The position numbers and the translations under genes are program-made. This document shows, one piece after another, positions 1-8,955 of a stretch of DNA of 54,585 bases. This DNA comes from Fonticula alba ATCC 38817. Lineage: Eukaryota > Protista > Nucleariida. The stretch lies in NCBI GenBank assembly GCA_000388065.2, contig KB932209.1; one strand, written 5' to 3'. The notes beneath the pieces are model-generated. The model had not been told where the DNA came from. It did no database searches and worked only from the letters and a program-made list of their open reading frames with translations. The first letter of the stretch is position 1; the number at the start of each line of letters is the position of its first letter.

Positions 1-1
1 C

Positions 2-644
2 ATCGCCCACCGGGACATCAAATCCGGCAATGTCTTTGTGAGTCGCAATGCCGATGGCAGCTGGCGGGCCGCTCTCGGGGACTTGGGCGCCTCGCGGAGC
101 CTGAGCACCGACCGGTCCTCGGCCCTTGTGGTCGACGTGCCCGAGCTCAATGCCATGACAGCGCGATATGCCGCGCCCGAGGTGCTGGCCGCCTTCCAGC
201 GCCGGCGCCCGCTGGACACCGAGCTCTACCTTCCGGCGGACATCTACTCGGCGGCGGTGCTGCTGTGGGAGTGCCTCCACCGCCGGGTCCCGTGGCAGGG
301 TGCGTGCTTTTTTTTTCCCCTCCTGCGCGTGTGCCTGTGTGCCGGGGCGCTTGTGTATATCTGCCCGACTGCTCCCCACCATGCGTGTCTCCGCCCCCGG
401 GGATCATGCTCCGCCGAACACTGACCGAGAGCGCCCCACCGCAGGCCAGGGCTTTGAGGAGATCACCGCGCAGGTGCTGGCCGGGGGCCGGCCCAGCGCG
501 GCCGGCCGTGGGGGGGTCGGGCCCGAGTCGCACTTTGAGGACCTGCTGCAGCTGGCCTGGGACTCGAACGCGCACGCCCGGCCGCTGGCCGCCTCCCTCC
601 GGCAGAAGGCCACCATGGCCCGCCTTGCGACTCATGGCCCTTGA
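2..644 (+). CDS. C-terminal part of a TKL-like Ser/Thr protein kinase (5' truncated by window edge); exons <1..299 and 445..644
   Basis: The frame from nt 2 reads IAHRDIKSGNVFVS...AALGDLG...LNAMTARYAAPE...PADIYSAAVLLWEC...VPWQG (subdomains VIb-IX). A phase-1 intron 300..444 (gtgcgt...ctgac...gcag) joins it to QGFEEITAQVLAGGRP...LAWDSNAHARP (X-XI), stop at 644. Clear paralog of the kinase domain at 15.8-17.0 kb, with the same intron position after W-Q-G. Confidence 0.9.
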
Positions 645-1456
645 CCGAATGTTGGGCTGAACCCGTCGCACGTGCGATGTCCACACACGGACAGATGCCG
701 CCTGCCCAGACACCGCGGTTGTGAGAAGTCCCAGCCCATGTGCCATCCACACTGTCCCAGCGCCCTTCCACCATGTCGAAGACTCAGCCATGTCCAGCTT
801 GCCGCCGTGATCCTGGACCTGCATGTCCCTACTCTTGCCTCTCCGGATCCGGATGGAGCGACCCCTTCGTGTGTATTTTTCTTCGGATCAGGCGGAATGC
901 ACAGCAACCATCGCGGGATCTTCCGGGAGAGCGGCTGAAAGTACACCCAGAGGGACGCCAGCAGGGCAGTCCCCTTCCGCTACTTTCCGGCACATCTGTG
1001 AGTTTGGCAGCCTGTGTATCAGTCATGCCTTCGAGGCCGGGCTAGGGGGGGGGGAGAATGTGCCTCAACCAGGAAGGTATCCGGTAGCTAGGGCTTCCAG
1101 GCCACCCCGATAGTGTGGGGTGGCGATTGGACTATGGGGAGTGTTGTTTCTTCTTTTCGCTGGGGTTTTTTTTGGCGGGGGGGGGGGGGGTTTCTCGGAG
1201 TCAATGCCTTTGCTTGGCCGCTCCCAAGGGCCGATTCGCCCGACGCAGACATCCACCATGCAAAGGCTTGGAATCCTGGCGGAGGTGGAGGGGCGGGGAG
1301 GGCGAAAGTGGGGACATTTCTGGCCCTCGGTTGGGCCATGCGAATCCCGAGGCCGCGGATCGGATGCCGCAAGGCAGCAAGGCAGCGGCAAGGCCCCGGC
1401 CACGGGGCCAAGAGAAACGCAGTACACCAAAAGCAAGGCGCCCGAGGATCAGACGT

Positions 1457-3043
1457 TTACCGGAGCGAAGAGAAAAGGTAATCCGGAAGGGAAAGCCCAA
1501 AGAGAGGAGCCAGGCAGGTGTCGCCAACCGAGCTGTCGTCCACAACCTCGGGGAAGTCGGCGAAGAAAATGGAACTCCGGTAAGCAGCACTGATGGCTTC
1601 GAAGGCGTCCACCATATCCGGGCGGGCAGCCAGGCGGAGGGCGGCCCAGAAGTCATCCGGACTCACCGGGACTCCAAGCAGAGCAAGAGCCATGGCCATC
1701 TGCCGAGCCAGGATGACCATCGACCCTTCATGAGGCAGAACCGGCAGCAGGTAGAACATGATTTCCCGAGCCGAGGGCGGCGACGGGGGAAGGCAGGCAA
1801 TGAGGCAGGCAGCCAGGTCCCGTGAAAGGAGTGCTCCCGGGATGTCGCCAGCCGGCAGGAGGGACAGGAAGCCGCTTCGGGAAAGCGGCCGGCGAAGTTT
1901 CAGCGACAGGGCATAGCGGATGGCCAAGTAGAGGGACATGATGCAGGGGGGAAGGGGCGGGTCTTCGCGGAGGAGGCGGATCTCCGGCCGCGGGAAGACG
2001 CCGGCGATGAAATCCATCCGGAGGATGTGCCGGACCGTGTCCGGGGTCAGGTCGAAGACCGGGCCGAGGGCCTGGTTGGGAGGCACCCCTTCCGGAAGCG
2101 ACACCCCGGGGATGCCGCCCACGCGTCGGGCCCAGCTCAGTGCGGATCGCGGCTGCGAGCTCGGGCCTGGCGCTGGCGGCACCTGTGACCGGGCTGGCGG
2201 GTCGCCATACTCCGAGGAGTACAAGGGGCTCGCGTGGTGCCGGGGGTGGTAATACGAAGGGGGCCGGGCCTCGGCCGGGGAGGTGCCCGCCGGGGCGGAG
2301 GAGGAGAAGGAGTCCTCCATGAGCGGGGTGGCCACGGTGGTGTCGCCGGCCTGTGGAGGCTGCCTGGAGGGCTCCTCATCGACCGCCATGCCGGCATCAG
2401 GCTCAGAGCAAGCATGGGGAAGGGCGCTGGCAGGCTGGCTGGACATGGCCTGCAGTCCGCCCTGCAGGCATTGGAACTGCTGGAGGAGGGACCGCTGCCC
2501 GGCCGCAAGCTCTCGAGCCATGACCTCGAACAGCGGCCCGACCGGCATCGATGAACGGGCGCCCTCGGGCCCAGGCCGAAGGGCCATGTCTAACAGGCTG
2601 CGAGCGATCCGACACACGGAAACCCCACGCGAGAGGGACCCCCGGCGCTCGGAGTCTCGGCAGATGGCCAGGGCCCGATCAAAGGGGGAGCCCCCACTGG
2701 AGGCGGCAGTGTCGAGGGCATGGAGATCTTCGAGGTAGGCGGCGGCCAGGTGGTCCCAGGCAGTGCCAAGGGACTCGGCCTCTGCCGGGCTGAGTTCCAC
2801 CATCGGGTTGACCAGCGTTTCCAACACCTCGCCCACCATCTCGCACGAGTCGGATGCGAGCAGCGGAGCCATCCGCTCCTTGACCGGATCCAGAGCGAAT
2901 GAATTCCCGCCGAAGGTGACCAGTTTGAGATAGGCCACCAAAAATCGCCTTGCCTCGGGGGCCAGATTCTCGGGGCGATGAGTAAAGATTCTCATGACAA
3001 AGGTGGTTGATGTGTCTGAGGCTGCGGCAGCGGAGGAGTCCAT
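1457..3043 (-). CDS. Hypothetical protein, 528 aa, intronless; orphan two-domain family, copy 1
   Basis: Uninterrupted ORF from ATG 3043 (aaaATGG context) to stop 1457. The longer ORF call to 3433 only reads through a microsatellite and an N gap. Aligns by eye in both N- and C-terminal domains with the 4219..6486 protein. Confidence 0.8.
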   Translation of the reverse strand: MDSSAAAASDTSTTFVMRIFTHRPENLAPEARRFLVAYLKLVTFGGNSFALDPVKERMAPLLASDSCEMVGEVLETLVNPMVELSPAEAESLGTAWDHLAAAYLEDLHALDTAASSGGSPFDRALAICRDSERRGSLSRGVSVCRIARSLLDMALRPGPEGARSSMPVGPLFEVMARELAAGQRSLLQQFQCLQGGLQAMSSQPASALPHACSEPDAGMAVDEEPSRQPPQAGDTTVATPLMEDSFSSSAPAGTSPAEARPPSYYHPRHHASPLYSSEYGDPPARSQVPPAPGPSSQPRSALSWARRVGGIPGVSLPEGVPPNQALGPVFDLTPDTVRHILRMDFIAGVFPRPEIRLLREDPPLPPCIMSLYLAIRYALSLKLRRPLSRSGFLSLLPAGDIPGALLSRDLAACLIACLPPSPPSAREIMFYLLPVLPHEGSMVILARQMAMALALLGVPVSPDDFWAALRLAARPDMVDAFEAISAAYRSSIFFADFPEVVDDSSVGDTCLAPLFGLSLPDYLFSSLR

Positions 3044-3070
3044 TTTCCCTGTTGAGTCGGAGATATGGTG

Positions 3071-3080
3071 NNNNNNNNNN
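3071..3080. other. Assembly gap (10 N)
   Basis: Run of n adjacent to a GA microsatellite. Confidence 0.99.
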
Positions 3081-3225
3081 GAAAGAGAGAGAGAGAGAAA
3101 GAAAGAAAGAGAGAGAGAGAGAGAAAGAAAGAGAGAGAGAGAGAGAAAGAAAGAAAGAGAGAGAGAGAGAGAAAGAAAGAGAGAGAGAGAGAAAGAAAGA
3201 AAGAGAGAGAGAGAAAGAAAGAAAG

Positions 3226-3268
<43 letters not shown>
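3081..3268 (+). repeat. Compound (GA)n/(GAAA)n microsatellite, i.e. a pyrimidine tract on the coding strand upstream of copy 1
   Basis: Directly visible, ~188 nt. Confidence 0.97.
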
Positions 3269-3271
<3 letters not shown>

Positions 3272-4218
3272 GAAGGAGAAAGGAGGGAGAGGGTGAAGAA
3301 AAAACAAGAGGAAGAAAGGGAGCCAATGATCGGGCACAAGGAGGACGGTCATTGATCGGGGAGTCTCAGCGCGGCGAGAAGTTCCACACGCCGACCGGTC
3401 CTCGAAACAGGGTTCGGAAGGCCCAAGTGCCAATTCCCCCGTGTGACCGTTGTCTCACCGGCGTTCCGGCCTCGGGGTCACGGGCCGGCGGCCGGTGGTG
3501 GAGGCGCGACGGAGGGCAAATTCCCCCCCCCCCCCCCCCCCAGCAAGCCATCCAGGTGCCACTGCAAGAGGCGCCTTGTTATGGACACGGCTCGGAACAG
3601 TTTCGCCAAGCATTTTTTATGTTTTTTTTTAGGTGGTATTTTTGACAAACAAGCAGTCTTTTGGTACCGGCCTCCCTCGTTCGGGGTGGCGCCATTGACG
3701 GGACCGGCGTCTGCCAGGGCCGCGGGGGGACAAACAACATCCGGCGACTGTCCCCCGGGCGTCCCTCTCCCGCCCCCCGCCCAGGCCTGGGAGCGGGACG
3801 TGCGGCGAAGGCGCGCGGGCTTCGGCCAGCACGCGCCCATGTCACCCGGGTGAAGAGGACCCAAGTCTCCACACCCGGCAGGGTGGGGAGCATATGGGCA
3901 GCCCGCCAGCGTGGGGATGCATCGCGATCCGGGCGGTGCCGATGGCCCGGCCCCGGGCCCGGCCCCCGAAGTGCCTCGCCTGCATTCTATCTCTGTCTAT
4001 TCTTTGGGCGGGCGCCGGCTGGCTGCCCGCGGGCGCCGGCACTTGAGAGGGGCCTCCGGTTGCCGGCAATATGCTGGCGGCCCGGGCCCAGGCGGAGGAC
4101 CGGGCAAGCGGGCTCCCTGCGTGCACGTCTTGCCCCACTTGCAGCCCTCCTCTCTGCCTCTCTCTCTCTCTCTGCCTCTCTCACACACGCACACCGAGGC
4201 TCCTCATGCGGCCCTGCC

Positions 4219-6486
4219 CTAGAGGTCGGCCTCATTGTCCTGGTAGGCGGCGATGGGGAAGTCAAAGGGACAGGGGACCCCGGTGTGGCCGACCACGGTG
4301 TCCGCGGTGTTGAGGGTGAAGTCCGCGTGGAAGATGGTGCTCCACAGCCGGCCCGAGGTCTGGTCAAATGCTCGGCCCATGGCCGGGCGGCAGCCCAGCC
4401 GGAGGGTGCCCCAAAAGTCCTCCGGATCCACCTGGATCCCCAGCAGAGCCAGGGCCAGGGCCATTTGCCGGGCCAGGGCCACGGCCGACGCGCCATGCTG
4501 CAGGACCGGCAGCAGCAGCAGCATCACGTCCCGGGCCGAGAGCGGCGCCGCCGCGGCCAGTGCCCCCACCAGGCAGGCTGGCAGATCGTCCGTCGTCCGG
4601 AGCTCGGGGATGTCCCCCACCGGCAGGAGGGCCAGCAGGTCCTGGCGCGAGAGCGGCTGCCGGAGCAGCTGCGACAGGGCATGGCGGATGGCCAGCTGCA
4701 GGACCATGGCCGAGTTGGGCATGGTGGCCGCGCGGTCGAGGAAGCGCACCTCCGGCCCGGTGTGCAGGGAGTCGGCCACGAAGCCCAGCCGGAGGATCTG
4801 CCGGACGGTGTCCGGGGCCAGGTCGAAAACCGGGGCGATGGCTTGCTCCGGCGGCACCCAGTCCGGGAATGCGGCGCCGGGCACGCGAGACACCCGGTCG
4901 GCCCAGTCGGCGGCTGGCCCGGCTCGAGGGGGGCTCACCCGCGGCCGGGCCACCTGGCGCGGGAGGAAGTGGCGCGGGTGGTGGTAGGGCGGGGGCACCG
5001 CGCCGGGCGGGACGGCCCGGCGCCCGGGGCCATGCTCCTCCGCCGGCCGGCAGGCATTGGACAGGGGCCGGTTGTGGTCCCGCGCGCGGGGGGCCGGGTC
5101 GGGGGCCCCGGGCAGGGCGCTGTCGGCCGGGTGGCTGGGCCTTCGTCGGGGGTCGGCCCCCAGCGGCCCGACCGAGCTGTCGGAGATGGTCCGCCGAGGC
5201 CGGGCCGCGAGGATGGTCTGCCTGGCGGTGGCGGTCAGGGTGGCATCCACCAGGGGCGATGAGCCGCTCGGCGCGGCCCAGCGCCCGGCGGGCGACCCCT
5301 CGCCGGCCAGAAGGTCCGGCAGCCCCGGGGCCGAGGGGTCCGACGTCGGCCCGAGGGACAGGCCCCCGAGGGCGTCGACCACCCGCGGACTGAGGGGCGG
5401 CGGGTGCGGCAGGGGCGACTGCATGGCCGGCTGGGGGGGCGTCCCATGGCGCGGGGGCTGCTGCGGCCCGGGCCACAGCCCGGCCCCGCCGGGCGATCCG
5501 CCCAGTAGGGGGGTGGCGGCGTGCGAGGGGCTGGCGATGGAGGGCGGCAGCAGCGGGGTCATGTGCGCGGTCGGCGGCAGGGCGCCCTCCGGCGTGAGGC
5601 CCGACAGCGGCGGCGGCATGGCGACCGGCGGGCTGGCGGCCGAGGGGTCGGCCGACACATTGAAAAGCCCCGGGATGGGGCCCGGGCTGGCGGGCGGGCC
5701 GCCGGCCGGGGCCTTTTGCGGGCACATGGCCATGCTGGCGCTGGCCGAGTCGGCCAGCGACGCCACCAGGAGAGCCTGGTTGGTGGCGGCGGTGGCGGCG
5801 GAGATGGCCGCCGCGGCCGCGGCCCGGATGTGGCCCACCGTCTCCCGGACCCCCTGCCAAGTGCCGGCGCCGGCCGTGTGGACGCTTTGCCAGTGGCAAA
5901 GGACATCCAGCTCCGGCTGCAGGGCCTTGACCCAGCGAAGCAGCGGGTCTTGCATGGCCGCCAGCTGCTGGTGGAGGATGTCAAAGAGGAGCCCGGCCAG
6001 CGGCGGAGGGCAGGCCGCCCCCTCGGCCGGCAGGTATACCACACTCAGCAGGTCGTGCATGAGCCGGCTATGGGCATGGTCGAGGAGCAGGCGGCTGCGA
6101 TGGTCGACATCCTGGCACAGGAGCGCCACGCGCTTCAGCTGGCTCGGGGCCCACGCCGCCCGGGCCTCGAGCAGTTCCAGATCCTGGCCGAAGGAGGCCG
6201 CCAGCCGGTCCCACGCATGGAGGATGGCCATCTCCGTGCCCCGGGCCGGGGGGGCACTCGTCGGGCTGGCCAGGGCCACGAGCACGGCTCGCATGGCCCC
6301 CGGAGAAGGGACGAGCCCGCGGAAGTGCTGTCGGACCGCCAGCAGGACGCCGGTGTTCCCCGGGGCATTGGCCATTTGAAGGAAGGTGGCCAGGAAGTGC
6401 CGGCACTCGGGGCTCTCGGTGCCGGGACCCAGGCCGAAGTCCTCCAGCCGAAGGACCCCCGGTGGGTCGACCCTCGGATGGGCCAT
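4219..6486 (-). CDS. Hypothetical protein, 755 aa, intronless; orphan two-domain family, copy 2
   Basis: ATG 6486 (MAHPRVDPPG) to stop 4219. The C-terminal ~220 aa align closely with copy 1 (e.g. PVFDLxPDTVRxILR, LAIRxALS, LLPxGDIP, LARQMAxALALLG, DFWxxLRL, SxIFxADF). The N-terminal domains share PExRxFL...GN and AWDxLAA..xDL. Confidence 0.85.
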   Translation of the reverse strand: MAHPRVDPPGVLRLEDFGLGPGTESPECRHFLATFLQMANAPGNTGVLLAVRQHFRGLVPSPGAMRAVLVALASPTSAPPARGTEMAILHAWDRLAASFGQDLELLEARAAWAPSQLKRVALLCQDVDHRSRLLLDHAHSRLMHDLLSVVYLPAEGAACPPPLAGLLFDILHQQLAAMQDPLLRWVKALQPELDVLCHWQSVHTAGAGTWQGVRETVGHIRAAAAAAISAATAATNQALLVASLADSASASMAMCPQKAPAGGPPASPGPIPGLFNVSADPSAASPPVAMPPPLSGLTPEGALPPTAHMTPLLPPSIASPSHAATPLLGGSPGGAGLWPGPQQPPRHGTPPQPAMQSPLPHPPPLSPRVVDALGGLSLGPTSDPSAPGLPDLLAGEGSPAGRWAAPSGSSPLVDATLTATARQTILAARPRRTISDSSVGPLGADPRRRPSHPADSALPGAPDPAPRARDHNRPLSNACRPAEEHGPGRRAVPPGAVPPPYHHPRHFLPRQVARPRVSPPRAGPAADWADRVSRVPGAAFPDWVPPEQAIAPVFDLAPDTVRQILRLGFVADSLHTGPEVRFLDRAATMPNSAMVLQLAIRHALSQLLRQPLSRQDLLALLPVGDIPELRTTDDLPACLVGALAAAAPLSARDVMLLLLPVLQHGASAVALARQMALALALLGIQVDPEDFWGTLRLGCRPAMGRAFDQTSGRLWSTIFHADFTLNTADTVVGHTGVPCPFDFPIAAYQDNEADL

Positions 6487-6497
6487 TCCGCTTGATG

Positions 6498-6499
<2 letters not shown>

Positions 6500-6528
<29 letters not shown>
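6500..6528 (+). repeat. G29 homopolymer (C29 on the coding strand, just upstream of the copy 2 start codon)
   Basis: Directly visible. Confidence 0.95.
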
Positions 6529-6529
<1 letters not shown>

Positions 6530-8909
6530 GGGCGGGGGTAGGGACGTGCGGTGGGGGGGGGGACTCGGGTCAAAGGCGGGCAGGGGAGCAGGAGAGCAGG
6601 GGAGCGGGGGAGGGGGGGGGACATGCTGGCCCCCCTGGCGCTGGGCCAGTCCGCTTGGGCGGCCTTTATCCCCAAGGAGGAGCATCCCGGCGGATGGGGG
6701 CAGGGTGGGATGCGTGCGTGCGTGCGTGCGTGCGCGCGTGTGCGTATAGGAGGGGGGGGGAGCACCGGGCGCCGGCGTGTGGCATTCGCCGCGTGCCCGG
6801 CAGCCGGCCGCGGCCGCCCTCCCGCGCAGCAGCGGCTCTGCTCGGACGCCGCGCCCTGTCTCCCGCCCGGGCTGGCGGGCCGTCTTCCCCGGAAGCCACC
6901 CGGGCCCAGACGACAGGGGCCGGATTGCCACTGGTCATGGCCCGGCGGGGGGAGGGGGCCTCGCACCTTCGGTCTCACTCGGCATCCGGCGATCGGAGGG
7001 GGGCATGCTGCGGCGCGGGCGCAAAGAGGAAAAGCCCACCCCGGTGGCCGCCGGTGTGCCCCCGGGACCGACAACGTCCCATGGGCGCCGGCAACTGTCT
7101 GTCTCAGTTGGTGCGAGTCATGCTCGACCGGCCGTCGGGCCGAGATATTGCCCCCGGGAAGGTAGTCAGCCGCCGGGCACAACGGCCCAGCGCCCAGAGC
7201 AACCTCACCCTGCGCATGGCCCACGCATGCGGCAGGAGCACCCGCCCTGGCTGCCTGTGGGGCAAAATGACAAGCAACATAGCCATAATTGGGCCCCGAG
7301 AGCCGGCCAGGTCTCACATGCACTTCAATGCCCGCAGCCAGGGACACCTGCGGGAGTTGTGCGCATCGGGCTCCCGGCCGAAGGGCGGCACGGCCGGCCA
7401 GGCCTCTCGAGGAGGGGACATGCCCTGGTGCCCCCCCCCCCCCCCCGGGTCACGGAATGTGATGCCCAGCCGAAAGGAGTGGGGCCGGTCGATTTGAGAC
7501 CCTTCTGCACCCGGGCCTGCGGAGCGAGGAGAGGGCCCGACAAGTCGAGGCATGCATGCGCGTGTTGGTCGAGGGAAAGGAAGATCCTTTTCCTTTCGGC
7601 CGAGCACGCGTCAGAAATGTCTCCACGTAGGGCGACGCAACTTCGGCCATGGGCCCCCTGTTGGGCTCGCGCACAAAAGGGGAGAGGCCCACGCGCGATG
7701 GGGCCTAGCCCACAGTCGGGCAAATCATGTGGACCCCGACGAGTGGCCATGCGATCCCCATATGCAGACGATCGATCGAGCAACACGCGAGGTGCCAGGG
7801 CACACGTGCTAGAGCATGGGAAGGCGATGTGCTCTAGAATGGCATTCGCCGTGGGAGGATTGCGGGGTAGGCCGGCGGGCAGGTGGTGGCCACCGCGAAC
7901 GAGCGGTGCTCGTGCTCCACCAAGGAAGAGGTTTCACGAACGGGGGACCAGCCCAGTCGCAAGGTTCGCACCTCCGCCTCTTGGCCGAGCCCCAGGGTCG
8001 AAGGCGGACCCTCCCGAGGGGCCTCTCAAAAGCCAGGACCCTGACAGTTGTGTGCATGTGCGCTGGGGAGCATGCAAGAGCAGTCAAGGCGACGGGCACA
8101 CAGACTGACACACACACAGACACATCGCAGACACACACGCACCTGTGTGCCCAGGCCTCCCCGAGAGCCCCTTTCCAACAGCCACCGCGGAGGTCTTTCC
8201 ATTGTCGCCGGACGCCAACTCGCCTCCGCCAGCCGGGCTGCTGTCCCGCCTGGTGGCGGATCTCGCGGGCGCCTGTACCGGGCGCGGCTCACCTGACTCG
8301 GGGCAAACCCGTGAGAGCGCTGCCTCCGGTAACCCAAGCACGGAGTTACCCCTGGCGTTCCGCCATCAAGTCCCAATGCATCAATGAACATGGTCTCGAC
8401 CACGGCCGGCCCCCGTGGCCGGTGGGCCTCCCGCGCCTGACCTCCGACCGTCGAGCACGCAAGCCTCCTGGATTCACGCCCGGCTCCAGCCTCGAAGGGA
8501 CGAGCATACATGAATCACTCCAGGCTTAATGCCCCGTGGCAAGGGGCGGCTGCCCCGGGTCGGGGCCAATCTGGTCCAGAGGCGTCCAGGCGATGGGCCG
8601 GCTTTTGCAGGATGCCACATGTCGCGGAGCTGACGCGCGCCGGCAGGGTGAAACATTGTCGCAAGGCGGCGGGCGTGCCTCCAGCCGTGTGGGGCAAACG
8701 ACCATGCCTCTTCAGGCACCCCTGCTGAGTGGGAGGCGTGGCGGCGTGATGCCCGGGACAACCCTCCCACCCCTCCTCCCCCGCCCTTTCGGGACACCAG
8801 CCCTCTCGGCCTTTTGTCTTTCTCCCTCCCTCCCTCGCTCCCTCCCTGGCTGCCTCTTCGCCACGTGGAAAGTCCCTTCTTTCGCCGTCCTCTCGCTTCG
8901 TCGGTCTAC

Positions 8910-8910
<1 letters not shown>

Positions 8911-8948
<38 letters not shown>
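8911..8948 (+). repeat. C38 homopolymer ending 7 nt upstream of the receptor-kinase ATG
   Basis: Directly visible. Confidence 0.95.
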
Positions 8949-8950
<2 letters not shown>

Positions 8951-8955
8951 TGCCC

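Noticed and set aside
3044-3433. N-terminal extension of the 1457..3433 ORF (poly-SL tract)
   Set aside because: It is the translation of a CT microsatellite across an N gap; the ATG at 3043 aligns with the start region of the paralog.
7808-7838. ctagagca...tgctctag inverted repeat in the divergent promoter region
   Set aside because: The short 8-bp stem has no supporting context or second occurrence.
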